Notes: a model not told the origin generated them from the sequence alone. A stretch of DNA of 46,776 nucleotides from Sphingomonadales bacterium UBA7473 (GCA_002478575.1 DLOX01000003.1:4261-51036); one strand, 5' to 3'; shown: positions 29,040 to 39,182, numbered from the stretch's first letter. Translations and numbers: made by a program.

Positions 29040-29761
29040 TTGACTTGTCCCTGATTGCAGCCGCAGTATCATTGGGCGGCCCCGCCGAGATTTGGGGCCA
29101 TATTGTCAATGATTTTAGTAATTTAAACACAGCAAGCGCGTGGAGCGCTTTGCTGTCAGTGATTTTGCTCGATCTGGTGTTGGCTGGTGACAATGCGATT
29201 GTTGTGGGCGCGTTGGCCGCTGGCTTGCCGGATGATCAGCGCAAGAAAGTGATCGCCATTGGCGTGATTGCTGCGCTCGTTCTGCGGATTGTTTTCGCCC
29301 TGATGGTCACATGGTTGATGGGAATTGTCGGGCTGGTGCTGGCCGGTGGCTTGCTGCTGCTGTGGGTGGCATGGAAAATGTATCGCGACATCACGCGGCA
29401 CGAAGCAACCGAATCGCCCGGCTCCCCTGAGATTCTGGGCGACGAGAATAGTGGCATCCCTGCGGCCAAAAGCTTTGCCGGTGCGGCTTGGGCGGTTGCC
29501 GTCGCTGACGTCTCCATGAGCCTCGACAATGTGCTGGCTGTGGCGGGGGCCGCCAAAGATCATCCGGGCATCATGATCGTTGGCCTGATCTTCGCGGTCG
29601 CTTTGATGGGCGTCGCTGCCAATATCATCGCCCAATATATCGAGCGCTATAAATGGATCGCATGGGTCGGCTTGGCCGTGATCGTTTATGTCGCAGGCAA
29701 GATGATCTGGGAAGGCTTTGGTGAAGTGCAGCCTTATGTTGCGGGGATGTTGGGATTTTAG
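29036..29761 (+). CDS. TerC/YjbE family membrane protein
   Basis: DLVLAGDNA and DVSMSLDNVLAV. Confidence 0.92.
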   Translation: MIDLSLIAAAVSLGGPAEIWGHIVNDFSNLNTASAWSALLSVILLDLVLAGDNAIVVGALAAGLPDDQRKKVIAIGVIAALVLRIVFALMVTWLMGIVGLVLAGGLLLLWVAWKMYRDITRHEATESPGSPEILGDENSGIPAAKSFAGAAWAVAVADVSMSLDNVLAVAGAAKDHPGIMIVGLIFAVALMGVAANIIAQYIERYKWIAWVGLAVIVYVAGKMIWEGFGEVQPYVAGMLGF

Positions 29762-29768
29762 ACCAGCG

Positions 29769-30539
29769 TTAGGGGCCGATCTGGAGCGAAATGCTTCCGG
29801 CTGGCCCCTTCAACGTAAGGCTTTGATCTTCCCCGAGGCTCCAACTGGACGCCTCTTCTATGGCCTTTTCAAAGCGATTTTCGGTCTCGGATCGACCTCG
29901 TTCGCAGATAGGGACATCGGTTTCGGTCCGTTCCTTCGTCAGCGTTTTTCCTGTGGTGCGATACTTCCATTTCCACCAGACGCATTGGGATGCGGCGTAA
30001 ATCTCGCCGTCAGCAATCGTCAGATGGATTGGATAGTCTTGGGTGGTGATGGGCTTGCCGTTGATGCTAGCCACGTCCCAACGGCCCTCGATATTGGGGC
30101 GCCTCTTGAGCTTTACGCTCGACCCTTTGCCTTTAAGCAAGAGGTCATCGTTGCCGGCCATGGAGATTGCGTCACTCGCCTGGACTTTGGCTTCGAAGGC
30201 CTGTTCGTGCGCCGATAGCCCGCGAGCGCACATCGCAACTGGATCAGCCGAAGCATTGGGTTCTGACCGGAGGAGGAAAGGGGATTCAGTCGCTGAAAAA
30301 CCTCCCTTTCCATCGCTTTTCCAGCTCCACCGCCACCAGACGCATTGGGAGCTGGCATAAGCCCAGTCTTTTCCTATCGAAACGAAGATCGGTGGCTGGC
30401 GAGTGTCGACTGTGGCCCCATCGATTGACTCCACTTGCCATTGGCCTACCGGGCTCGGGGCAGCAGCGGGAGCCTCGCTTGGGCTTGGTGAGCAGCCGGC
30501 CAAAAGGCTGACTGCTCCCAAAGCGGCGAAGGCTCTCAC
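29769..30539 (-). CDS. Lipoprotein with two tandem META(HslJ)-like domains
   Basis: Lipobox LAGC; internal repeats WQVESIDG..SQCVWW..MC and WDVASING..SQCVWW..IC. Confidence 0.7.
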   Translation of the reverse strand: MRAFAALGAVSLLAGCSPSPSEAPAAAPSPVGQWQVESIDGATVDTRQPPIFVSIGKDWAYASSQCVWWRWSWKSDGKGGFSATESPFLLRSEPNASADPVAMCARGLSAHEQAFEAKVQASDAISMAGNDDLLLKGKGSSVKLKRRPNIEGRWDVASINGKPITTQDYPIHLTIADGEIYAASQCVWWKWKYRTTGKTLTKERTETDVPICERGRSETENRFEKAIEEASSWSLGEDQSLTLKGPAGSISLQIGP

Positions 30540-31234
30540 CCCAAATGCTCAGCAAAGAAGGTGACCGTTCGCCCATCGGCGAGCTGCGCTCCAGCTTCAT
30601 CACGGCGATTGCCCATTTCAGCGGCAAAGCCATGATCCAAGCCGTCATAGTCATGGAGGGTGACATGGCGGTTTCCATCCAGCCCCGCATGGATGGCCGC
30701 TTGCGCCTCTGGACCGACGAAATGATCGGCGGTTGGGATATGAAGCATCAGCGGATTGGCGATGGCCTTGGACTCATCGATCATCTGATCGATCATCACG
30801 CCATAATAGCCGACGCTCGCGTCCACATCGGTGCGGCACGCCATCATATAGGCCAAGCGCCCGCCTAGGCAGTAACCGACGGCTCCAACCTTCTCGACAC
30901 CGGGGTGACCGCCGATCCCGGCGCGAATGGCTTTGATCGTCGTTTCCAGATCGATAACACCGTCATTGGCATCATATTTCTGGAAATGGCCGAAAGCCTC
31001 GTTGAGTTCTGCCTCTACATCGGGATCCAAGTTACATCCCGGAGCAAAGCGCCAGAACAGGTCAGGGGCAACAGCCAAATAGCCCGCCTTTGCCCATTTA
31101 TTGCATTTTTGAACAATGCCGGGGTTCACGCCGAAAATCTCTTGGATCACAATGATGGCCGCTTTCGGTGCGCCAGTGGGGGCAGCAACATAGGCGCCCA
31201 TGTCACCAATTTGAGCGTTGAGAGCCGTTGTCAT
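30536..31234 (-). CDS. Dienelactone hydrolase family protein
   Basis: QEIFGVN, APDLFWR, GYCLGG, HGF. Confidence 0.93.
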   Translation of the reverse strand: MTTALNAQIGDMGAYVAAPTGAPKAAIIVIQEIFGVNPGIVQKCNKWAKAGYLAVAPDLFWRFAPGCNLDPDVEAELNEAFGHFQKYDANDGVIDLETTIKAIRAGIGGHPGVEKVGAVGYCLGGRLAYMMACRTDVDASVGYYGVMIDQMIDESKAIANPLMLHIPTADHFVGPEAQAAIHAGLDGNRHVTLHDYDGLDHGFAAEMGNRRDEAGAQLADGRTVTFFAEHLG

Positions 31235-31725
31235 AATAATCTTGTCCTTCTGTCTGGGGGGAGGTGGGAAACTTCAAAATCGATCAGCCAGCCTTTGGTG
31301 CGGGCGCCTTCTCCTGCTGAATAATATTCGGGGCCATTTGTCGATACGACTCTATGGCAGGGGATGATGAGGGGATAGGCATTGGTTTTGCAGGCTTGGC
31401 CGATGGCTTGGGCAGCGGACCCAAAGGATTTGGCAAGCATTCCATAGGTTTGAGTTTCGCCGTAGGGAATGGAGGCAATGGCGGAGCGCAATTTTTCGCC
31501 TTCTAGGCTGTCCAGCGGGGCGAGTGGCAGCTCAAATTGAGTACGCTCTCCCGAAAACCAAGCCTCCAGTTGCGCCAACGCCTCTCGAAGGATGGGGTGT
31601 CCTGTCGCAATCGCGCTTTGGCCGTTGGCTCTGATCTTCACGCTCAAAAGATGTTGATCATCCGCTGACAGGATCACAGCGCCGATGGGCGTGTTCAACT
31701 GGGCCATTGCGATTGCGCCGTTCAT
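31231..31725 (-). CDS. ogt: Methylated-DNA--protein-cysteine methyltransferase
   Basis: IPYGETQTYG, IIPCHRV; start uncertain (31707 or 31725). Confidence 0.9.
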   Translation of the reverse strand: MNGAIAMAQLNTPIGAVILSADDQHLLSVKIRANGQSAIATGHPILREALAQLEAWFSGERTQFELPLAPLDSLEGEKLRSAIASIPYGETQTYGMLAKSFGSAAQAIGQACKTNAYPLIIPCHRVVSTNGPEYYSAGEGARTKGWLIDFEVSHLPPDRRTRLL

Positions 31726-31775
31726 GGCGCACAAGATGGACCGAGAGGCGGATGATCTCAAGGGAGGACCGGCAG

Positions 31776-32024
31776 ATGAAATTTAATATTGAGGTAGACA
31801 CGACGCCCGAAGAGGTGAGGCGTCTGGTCGGCCTGCCCGATTTGACCGAAGTGCATGAGGTTTATCTGGCCAAACTCAAGGAAGTCGCAGACAAAGGTAT
31901 TACGCCTGACATGGTCCAACAAATGATCCGCAACTGGGTGCCCATGGGAGGCGCTGGTGTCGATATGATGAAGGATCTGGTGGGGGCCTTTGCCGCAGGC
32001 GCGACCGGCAAGACGAAGAAATAG
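31776..32024 (+). CDS. DUF6489-like small protein
   Basis: MKFNIEVDTTPEEVRRLVGLPDL; GGAGG RBS. Confidence 0.8.
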   Translation: MKFNIEVDTTPEEVRRLVGLPDLTEVHEVYLAKLKEVADKGITPDMVQQMIRNWVPMGGAGVDMMKDLVGAFAAGATGKTKK

Positions 32025-32064
32025 ATTTATGTCAGAGTCTTAGACCCGGAATGCATAACTCGTC

Positions 32065-32195
32065 CTTTGCGCCTTCGCGCCCCTTCGACTGCCTTGCAGG
32101 CGCTCAGGACATGCTTCGCGTGAGTCTAAAAACAGCGGGTCGACGGGTGCTTTGTTGGCAGCTTAGGATTCACGCGAAGACGCGAAGACGCGAAG
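32065..32195. repeat. Inverted-repeat element with (CTTCG-N3)x3 arms, carrying a 33-nt insert at 32081..32113
   Basis: Left arm CTTTG-CGC-CTTCG-CGC-[insert]-CTTCG-CGTGA; right arm TCACG-CGAAG-ACG-CGAAG-ACG-CGAAG. Confidence 0.8.
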
Positions 32196-32205
32196 TTTCT
32201 TGGCT

Positions 32206-33474
32206 GTGACTGATACGATCTTCGCACTTTCCTCTGGCTTGCCTCCGGCTGGGATAGCCGTAGTTCGGATCAGCGGACCGAAAGCTGGGCCGGTGTTGGA
32301 GGCGATTGCGGGTGCGCTTCCTGGGGCGCGACGGGCCTCTTTCCGGCGCTTTGTAGATCCTGCTACTGGCGAACCTCTCGATGATGGGCTTGCCCTTTGG
32401 TTTCCCGGACCAAAGACCACTACCGGTGAAGATCTGGCCGAACTTCACCTCCATGGCGGCCGCGCAGTCGTGGCGGCGGTTCTTGACTGTTTGGGGCGAC
32501 AAGAGGGGCTGCGTCTTGCCGAGGCGGGGGAATTTACCCGCCGTGCCTTCGAAAATGGTCGTATCGATTTGGCGCAAGCGGAAGGGTTGGCCGATCTGCT
32601 TGCTGCAGAGACGGAGGGGCAGCGGCGTTCTGCTTTGGCTTTGGCGGAAGGGGCTTTGGGCCAGCATGTCGAGCGATGGCAAAAGCTGCTTTTGCGTGAA
32701 TCGGCCCTGATTGAAGCTGAGCTGGATTTTAGTGATGAAGGCGATGTCGAAGACGCGGCGCCAGCGGAGCGCGCGGCGCTGATCGCTCTTGCTCACGAAA
32801 TGGAAGTATTGCTCGAAAACCCCCCGGCAGAGCGGCTCCGCGATGGCGCGCGGATCGTCTTGGCGGGGCCGCCAAATGCAGGAAAATCGAGTCTTTTCAA
32901 TATTTTGGTTGGCCGTGACGCTGCGATTGTGACGGATATTGCCGGCACCACGCGGGACCGGTTGGAAGCGCCTGTAACGATGGGTGGGGTGCCGTTGCTC
33001 TTTGTCGATACCGCTGGCCTTAGGGATGAAAGCGCTGACGCGGTCGAAGCGATTGGGATCGCCAGGACAGGCCAAGCGCTGGTTGAAGCGGACATCATCC
33101 TTTGGCTCGGCGACGCGAGCGAATTGCCGAAGGGCGCCTTGCTGATCGCGGCCAAGTCTGACCTAGGGGAGCATAGGCCCGGCTTCGCGCTTTCAGTGAA
33201 GACCGGCGAGGGCCTAGACGCTCTCCGGGCCGAGATTATTGAAAAGGCGAAGTCGCTCTTGCCGCGTGAGGGATCGCTAGCCCTCAACGCGCGCCACCGG
33301 ACCTTGATTGCCGCCGTCGGACATGATCTTCGACAAGCCTCTGCCGCAGAAGATCCGTTGATTGCTGCTGAACATCTTCGTTCTGGAAGAAGTCATCTTG
33401 ACGCGTTGACAGGGAGGGCAGGGGTTGAGGATATGCTCGATGCTCTCTTTGGTGGTTTCTGCATTGGGAAATAA
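32206..33474 (+). CDS. mnmE: tRNA modification GTPase
   Basis: TIFALSS, TGED, GEFTRRAF, GPPNAGKS, GTTRD, DTAG, FCIGK. Confidence 0.97.
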   Translation: MTDTIFALSSGLPPAGIAVVRISGPKAGPVLEAIAGALPGARRASFRRFVDPATGEPLDDGLALWFPGPKTTTGEDLAELHLHGGRAVVAAVLDCLGRQEGLRLAEAGEFTRRAFENGRIDLAQAEGLADLLAAETEGQRRSALALAEGALGQHVERWQKLLLRESALIEAELDFSDEGDVEDAAPAERAALIALAHEMEVLLENPPAERLRDGARIVLAGPPNAGKSSLFNILVGRDAAIVTDIAGTTRDRLEAPVTMGGVPLLFVDTAGLRDESADAVEAIGIARTGQALVEADIILWLGDASELPKGALLIAAKSDLGEHRPGFALSVKTGEGLDALRAEIIEKAKSLLPREGSLALNARHRTLIAAVGHDLRQASAAEDPLIAAEHLRSGRSHLDALTGRAGVEDMLDALFGGFCIGK

Positions 33475-33499
33475 GCCCGAAATAGGCTCGAAAGCCACT

Positions 33500-33515
33500 C
33501 GTTTCACGTGAAACA
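33500..33515. promoter_or_regulatory. parS site
   Basis: CGTTTCACGTGAAACA, intergenic. Confidence 0.9.
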
Positions 33516-33555
33516 CATTGATCCCGTCGCGCCATCGGCGTAGCGGAAAATCATC

Positions 33556-35349
33556 ATGAACAGCTTTGATGTCATAGTGATTGGCGGCGGCCATGCGGGG
33601 GCGGAGGCTGCCGCGGCCTCGGCGCGGATGGGCGCGCGGACAGCCCTTGTTTCGTTCAGGCGCGATATGATCGGCGCCATGTCTTGCAATCCTGCCATCG
33701 GCGGGTTGGGCAAAGGGCATCTGGTTCGTGAAGTCGACGCATTTGATGGTATTCTTGCCAAAGCGGCCGATGCTGCCGCGATTCACTATCGAATGCTTAA
33801 TTCGTCCAAGGGTGCTGCAGTCCAAGGACCGCGCATTCAAGCGGATCGCAAACTCTTCAAGGCAGCGGTTCATCGACTGCTTGATGCGCAAGAGGGGCTG
33901 ACGATCATAGAAGGTGAGGCTCAGGCGCTTGAGACCGAAGGGGACGTCGCTGTCGGTCTGAAGCTCGGCGATGGGTCGATCCTTCAAGCCAAGGCCGTTG
34001 TTCTGGCGACGGGCACGTTTCTGAACGGCAAGATGTTCTGCGGAGAGGCGCAGACGATCGGGGGTCGCGTTGGCGAAGAGGCCGCTGTGACCTTAGGCAC
34101 GCAGCTGCGCGGGTTGGACTTGCTCTTGGGTCGATTGAAGACCGGAACACCGCCCCGACTGGACGGACGCACAATCAATTGGAGCGGACTGCCTGTTCAG
34201 CCGTCAGACGATGGTGATTGGACCTTTTCTGACATGAGTGTTTCACGTGAAACACCGCAGCTGTGGTGTGCGATTACGCGCACCAATCAGCGCACCCATG
34301 ATGTGATTCGTGCGAATCTCGATAGGTCTCCGCTCTTTTCCGGCGATATTGAGGGATTGGGGCCGCGATACTGCCCCTCGATTGAGGATAAGATCCATCG
34401 CTTCGGAGATCGCGATGGGCATCAGATTTTCTTGGAGCCTGAAGGACTCGATGATCCGCTCATCTATCCCAATGGCATCTCGACATCCTTGCCGGAAGAT
34501 GTTCAACTCGCCTTTCTTCGGACGATAGAAGGCTTGGAGGCGGTTGAGATTGCCCAAGCGGGCTACGCGGTGGAGTATGATCATATCGATCCACGGGCCC
34601 TTCGCCCAACGCTTGAGATTAAGGCGCTCTCTGGTGTGTTCTGTGCTGGGCAGATTAATGGCACGACCGGATATGAAGAGGCCTCGGCCCAAGGCCTTGT
34701 CGCGGGACTCAACGCTGCTGCTCAAGCGCTCGGAAAGCCAGAGATCGTGTTGGATCGGGCGTCGTCTTACATTGGTGTCATGATTGACGATCTGGTTCTG
34801 CAGGGGATTACGGAGCCGTATCGGATGCTGACCGCCCGTGCCGAATATCGACTCCGGCTTCGTGCTGATAATGCGGCAACACGGTTAACGCCCCTCGCGA
34901 TTGAGATCGGTTGCGTTGGCGTGAACCGACAGGAGTGGTTTGAGAGGCGCGACGCGGAACGGCAAACCTTCATCGAGCGGCTTCAAAGCAGTTTTGACAA
35001 GGGGACAAACGGTGAGCGGCAAAGCCATTATGATCTGATCCGCACGGCAAATCGCTTGCCAGATGGTGAGGGGGTGGATCCCACTATCTATTCCGAAGTG
35101 ATAGAAGATGCGCGCTATGCGCCCTATGTTGCTCGGCAAGAAGCAGAGGTGCGGGCGATGCGAAGCAGTGAAGGAGTCCCCTTGCCCGAGTCGATGGATT
35201 ATGCGGCGATTCCTGGGCTTTCGAACGAAATGGTCGAGCGTCTTCGCGCCGCGCAGCCCGCGACTTTGGGGGCCGCTGAACGCATTCGCGGGATTACGCC
35301 AGCGGCGCTTTCTACAATCATGATCCACGCCAAACGGCTCGCGGCATGA
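33556..35349 (+). CDS. mnmG: tRNA uridine 5-carboxymethylaminomethyl modification enzyme (GidA)
   Basis: [45 protein letters not shown]. Confidence 0.97.
   Translation: MNSFDVIVIGGGHAGAEAAAASARMGARTALVSFRRDMIGAMSCNPAIGGLGKGHLVREVDAFDGILAKAADAAAIHYRMLNSSKGAAVQGPRIQADRKLFKAAVHRLLDAQEGLTIIEGEAQALETEGDVAVGLKLGDGSILQAKAVVLATGTFLNGKMFCGEAQTIGGRVGEEAAVTLGTQLRGLDLLLGRLKTGTPPRLDGRTINWSGLPVQPSDDGDWTFSDMSVSRETPQLWCAITRTNQRTHDVIRANLDRSPLFSGDIEGLGPRYCPSIEDKIHRFGDRDGHQIFLEPEGLDDPLIYPNGISTSLPEDVQLAFLRTIEGLEAVEIAQAGYAVEYDHIDPRALRPTLEIKALSGVFCAGQINGTTGYEEASAQGLVAGLNAAAQALGKPEIVLDRASSYIGVMIDDLVLQGITEPYRMLTARAEYRLRLRADNAATRLTPLAIEIGCVGVNRQEWFERRDAERQTFIERLQSSFDKGTNGERQSHYDLIRTANRLPDGEGVDPTIYSEVIEDARYAPYVARQEAEVRAMRSSEGVPLPESMDYAAIPGLSNEMVERLRAAQPATLGAAERIRGITPAALSTIMIHAKRLAA
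34239..34254. promoter_or_regulatory. parS site within mnmG
   Basis: Perfect TGTTTCACGTGAAACA. Confidence 0.9.
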
Positions 35350-35987
35350 CCGAAGAGGAAGCCAAGGCCTGGTTGACCGACACTTTGCATGTTTCACGTG
35401 AAACATATGAAAAATTGGATGCCTTTCGCGCGATGTTGCTCGAAGAGAATGACAAACAGAACTTGATCAGCGCCGGATCTATTCCTCATGTTTGGGCGCG
35501 GCATATCGTTGATTCGGCGCAGCTTCCGACGTTCCTGACCTCAGACGAAGAAGAGCGTCGTGGGCCGTGGCTTGATCTAGGCACCGGTGCAGGCTTTCCT
35601 GGCATGGTCTTGGCGATTCTCTTTGATGCTCCCATCACCTTTGTCGAATCGCGGAAAAGACGGACAGAATTTCTTTCTGGCGCCTGCGAATCGCTCGGTC
35701 TTAACCATGTTCGCATTCACGCCGGTCGGCTTGAAACCATGCCCACTGCCCCATTTTCGGTCATCACGGCGCGCGCCTTTGCGCCTCTCCCCAAACTTCT
35801 CACTCTTGCCCACAGCTTTTCCACGCAAAAGACCGTCTGGCTCTTGCCAAAAGGGGCACGAGCGCGCGAAGAGGTGGAGAGTGTTCGAGGGCTTTGGAAG
35901 GGCGTGTTTCACGTGGAACAAAGCCTCACTGACCCAGAAGCGCATATCATTGTCGGGCGGAAACTGGCCCCGAAAGGACGATCATGA
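35346..35987 (+). CDS. rsmG: 16S rRNA m7G527 methyltransferase (GidB)
   Basis: [25 protein letters not shown]. Confidence 0.96.
   Translation: MTEEEAKAWLTDTLHVSRETYEKLDAFRAMLLEENDKQNLISAGSIPHVWARHIVDSAQLPTFLTSDEEERRGPWLDLGTGAGFPGMVLAILFDAPITFVESRKRRTEFLSGACESLGLNHVRIHAGRLETMPTAPFSVITARAFAPLPKLLTLAHSFSTQKTVWLLPKGARAREEVESVRGLWKGVFHVEQSLTDPEAHIIVGRKLAPKGRS
35390..35405. promoter_or_regulatory. parS site within rsmG
   Basis: Perfect TGTTTCACGTGAAACA. Confidence 0.9.
35905..35920. promoter_or_regulatory. parS site within the rsmG 3' end
   Basis: TGTTTCACGTGGAACA. Confidence 0.85.
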
Positions 35988-36766
35988 TCAGGATCACCAT
36001 TGCCAATCAAAAGGGTGGCGTGGGCAAGACGACAAGCGCGATTAACCTTTCGACGGCGCTGGCCGCGATGGGATGGCGCGTTTTGCTGATCGATCTCGAC
36101 CCGCAGGGCAATGCGTCAACTGGACTTGGCGTGGGGCAGGGGCAGCGTACCCGCTCGACTTATGATGTGTTGATGGGCGAAGCGACAGTCGCCGAAGCTG
36201 CTATCGCCACCAAGATTCCACGTTTGGACATTGTGGCCGCGACGGTGGACTTGTCAGGCGCAGAAATTGAATTGGTTGAAGTGGATCGCCGCAGCAATCG
36301 GTTGGCAGATGCGCTTGATACTGCGCCGCTTGGCCGCTGGGATGTGTGTTTGGTCGACTGCCCGCCGTCGCTTGGGCTTTTAACAATCAACGCGTTGGTC
36401 GCAGCGGAATCACTTCTCGTTCCCATGCAATGCGAATTTTTTGCGCTTGAGGGCTTGAGCCAGTTGCTGCGCACCTATGAACGGATTCGCAGCAAATTTA
36501 ATCCGGGATTATCCATCTTGGGCGTGGCGATGACCATGTATGATCGGCGCAATCGCTTGACGGAGCAGGTCGCTGACGATGTGCGGGCCTGTTTGGGCGC
36601 TGCGGTTTTTGAAACGGTCATTCCGCGCAATGTGCGGCTTTCTGAAGCGCCAAGCCATGGGTTGCCCGCGCTCATTTATGATCATCGCTGCTCGGGGTCA
36701 GAAGCCTATATGGCATTGGCGCGTGAAGTCATCGGTCGCTTGCCGCAGTTGAAGGTGGCTGCATGA
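35984..36766 (+). CDS. parA: Chromosome partitioning ATPase
   Basis: NQKGGVGKTT, DLDPQGNA, DCPPSL, EAPSHG. Confidence 0.96.
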   Translation: MIRITIANQKGGVGKTTSAINLSTALAAMGWRVLLIDLDPQGNASTGLGVGQGQRTRSTYDVLMGEATVAEAAIATKIPRLDIVAATVDLSGAEIELVEVDRRSNRLADALDTAPLGRWDVCLVDCPPSLGLLTINALVAAESLLVPMQCEFFALEGLSQLLRTYERIRSKFNPGLSILGVAMTMYDRRNRLTEQVADDVRACLGAAVFETVIPRNVRLSEAPSHGLPALIYDHRCSGSEAYMALAREVIGRLPQLKVAA

Positions 36767-37671
36767 GCGAAGAGAACCTCCCGAAGAAGCGCCCCTCCGG
36801 GCTGGGGCGTGGTCTTGCCGCACTCTTGGGCGAGAACCAGGCTGAGGCACCTGTTCAAGCCAGTCCAGATGGCTCCGTCCCTCAAGGCGTCAAGCTTGTG
36901 GCGACAGCTGGCCTGCGGCCAATGCCCAATCAGCCCCGCAAGAATTTTGATGATGATGCGCTGGAGGAGCTGGCGGAGTCGATCAAATCGCGCGGATTGC
37001 TACAGCCCATCATCGTCCGCGAATCGACCGGTGAGGGCTTTTATCAGATCATCGCCGGAGAGCGGCGTTGGCGCGCGGCGCAGCGCGCTCAACTTCATCA
37101 AGTTCCTGTAATCATTAAGGAATTTGATGACCGCACGGCTTTTGAGCTGGCGATCATTGAGAATATTCAGCGCGAGCAACTGAACGCCTATGAAGAGGGC
37201 GCGAGCTATCACCGGCTGATCGAAGATTATGCCTATACGCAGGAAGATATTGCCAAGATCGTTGGCAAATCGCGCAGCCATATCGCGAATCTGATTCGGC
37301 TGTTGAACTTGCCGCCGTCGGTGCATGATTGGCTCGCGACCGGTCAGATTCAGATGGGGCATGCGCGGGCATTGCTCGCCAGCCCTGATCCAACCCTGCA
37401 GGGCCAAGAAGTTGTCGCGAAGGGACTATCGGTTCGCCAAACCGAAGCGCTGGTGAGAAAGCTGACCAAGCCGCGCTCGAGCCGCCCCGGAGTAAGCGGC
37501 GAACGCGTGGCTGATGCAGATATCACCGCGTTGCAGCGGCAGTTGTCTGATCTTTTGGGCCTAAAGATCAAGATTGATCACAAGGGCAAGTCCGGCAGCG
37601 TGACGCTGGCTTATTCATCGCTCGATCAGCTGGATTTAATCTGCCAACGCTTGTCGGGCGAGCGGATTTAA
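36763..37671 (+). CDS. parB: Chromosome partitioning protein
   Basis: LGRGLAAL, QPR, IAGERRWRA, ENIQRE, HTH. Confidence 0.96.
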   Translation: MSEENLPKKRPSGLGRGLAALLGENQAEAPVQASPDGSVPQGVKLVATAGLRPMPNQPRKNFDDDALEELAESIKSRGLLQPIIVRESTGEGFYQIIAGERRWRAAQRAQLHQVPVIIKEFDDRTAFELAIIENIQREQLNAYEEGASYHRLIEDYAYTQEDIAKIVGKSRSHIANLIRLLNLPPSVHDWLATGQIQMGHARALLASPDPTLQGQEVVAKGLSVRQTEALVRKLTKPRSSRPGVSGERVADADITALQRQLSDLLGLKIKIDHKGKSGSVTLAYSSLDQLDLICQRLSGERI

Positions 37672-38672
37672 CGCCTTGCCGCGCGGGCCAGTGTCAATAA
37701 TTCGGCATCGGCGAGCAATGGACCCACTGACTTGCTGGCCTTAATCGCCCGCTCTGCGTCCAACAGTCGATCAGAAGCGCGGGCCAAGCGTTCGGGGGAC
37801 CAGCGGCGCAATTGAGCGCTGATGGGGGCCTTATCCTTCCAAAAAAGCGGTGCCGTGACCGCATCCATCGACTTTCCTGCGGCCAAATCGCCACTCAGCT
37901 TCAACAGGAGCTGAACCCGCTTGTTGACGGCGCGAAGCGTGCCAATGCCGTCAATCCCTTCGGAACTGAGTGCCGCCAGTTGATCGGCCATGGCATCCGG
38001 CTTCCCGCTCAGCACAGCGTCGGTCAGGCCAGAGAGATCAGGCTCTTCATTGACTGCGCCTATGGCATCCAGTGCATCATGCGTGCCTTCTTTTGGTGCT
38101 GCGGGGCTTGCATCCAGATAGAGCGCGAGTTTCTCGACTTCCTTGGCCAAAACCGCACGATCATGGCCGGAAATTGCCACCAAGCGCGAGGCTAGCCGTT
38201 GATCGATTCTCAGCCCCTGTTCGCGCGCCATGGCATCGGCTAATTGTGCAAAATCGCTTTCATTGGGCGGATAGCTGGCGAAGCAGGCCACTGCCGGATC
38301 GTTGAGCAGGGCTTTCAGCAGGCCTGAAGTCGGTTTGAGGGCTCCAGCGACCAAAACAACTGGATTCTGGCCCTGACCGCCCAAATGGGCTTGAACAGAG
38401 GGCAAAGCTTCATCGCCATTGATCGTTGCGACAATGAACCGCTTGCCACCGAACAATGAGTAAGACGCAGCTTCATCCGCCATCCGGGCCGGATCGCCCT
38501 TCAGCGTCGGCCCATCCAGATCGATTCGTTCAGCATCAGCGCCCATAGATCGGGCAAGCCGGGCTACCAATGCGCGAGAGCCGCTTTCATCGGGTCCATA
38601 GAGAAGGAAGAGGCGAAAACCAGCGCCCCCGCCATCCAAAGCCTTTTCGATCTGGGCCTTATTGGCCTTCAC
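37668..38672 (-). CDS. holA: DNA polymerase III delta subunit
   Basis: LLYGPDE, SLFGGKR, EVEKLALY; leuS-lptE-holA synteny. Confidence 0.9.
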   Translation of the reverse strand: MKANKAQIEKALDGGGAGFRLFLLYGPDESGSRALVARLARSMGADAERIDLDGPTLKGDPARMADEAASYSLFGGKRFIVATINGDEALPSVQAHLGGQGQNPVVLVAGALKPTSGLLKALLNDPAVACFASYPPNESDFAQLADAMAREQGLRIDQRLASRLVAISGHDRAVLAKEVEKLALYLDASPAAPKEGTHDALDAIGAVNEEPDLSGLTDAVLSGKPDAMADQLAALSSEGIDGIGTLRAVNKRVQLLLKLSGDLAAGKSMDAVTAPLFWKDKAPISAQLRRWSPERLARASDRLLDAERAIKASKSVGPLLADAELLTLARAARR

Positions 38673-38681
38673 CAAATGCTC

Positions 38682-39182
38682 CTATTTCGCTTTAGGCTCG
38701 GTCCGATTGGCGTAAAGTGCAACCCGCGCCGTGATCTGATCGGCCAATATCTCTGAGAGCCGCTCCAGTGCGCTATTTTCAGCAGCTACTGTTGCATATT
38801 CGGAGCTGACCACATCAATACCAACGTCAGAGCCAGCAGTCGCATCAAGCACTACGGCGCCATTGCTTGTATCAACCAAGCGATAGCGGGCCCGCAAAGT
38901 CCGTCGCTCACGGGTAATCGTATCATCGCGGCGCACACCAAAGCCCGCAATTTGATCATCGAGCTCAATTTCAAGGCGGAAGGCAGAAGTTGCATCGCCG
39001 CCGCTTTGAAGCCGATCATTCAGCGCATTGCGCAGCAGCCAGCCTGACCGGCCATCAATCGGCGCGACGGAAACGGAGCGGAGCAACTGCACCGTCGCTC
39101 CCCCTTCGCCACCGCTGTAGAGGGGCCGAAGGCCACAGGCGGAAAGGCTCAGCAGCAAGAGGAGAGGCAGGGCGCGGATCAT
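38682..39182 (-). CDS. lptE: LPS assembly lipoprotein
   Basis: [10 protein letters not shown] lipobox; synteny. Confidence 0.9.
   Translation of the reverse strand: MIRALPLLLLLSLSACGLRPLYSGGEGGATVQLLRSVSVAPIDGRSGWLLRNALNDRLQSGGDATSAFRLEIELDDQIAGFGVRRDDTITRERRTLRARYRLVDTSNGAVVLDATAGSDVGIDVVSSEYATVAAENSALERLSEILADQITARVALYANRTEPKAK

Noticed and set aside
33556-35349. MnmG slightly short (597 aa) as a pseudogene
   Set aside because: All catalytic motifs and the C-terminus are intact; probably a loop deletion
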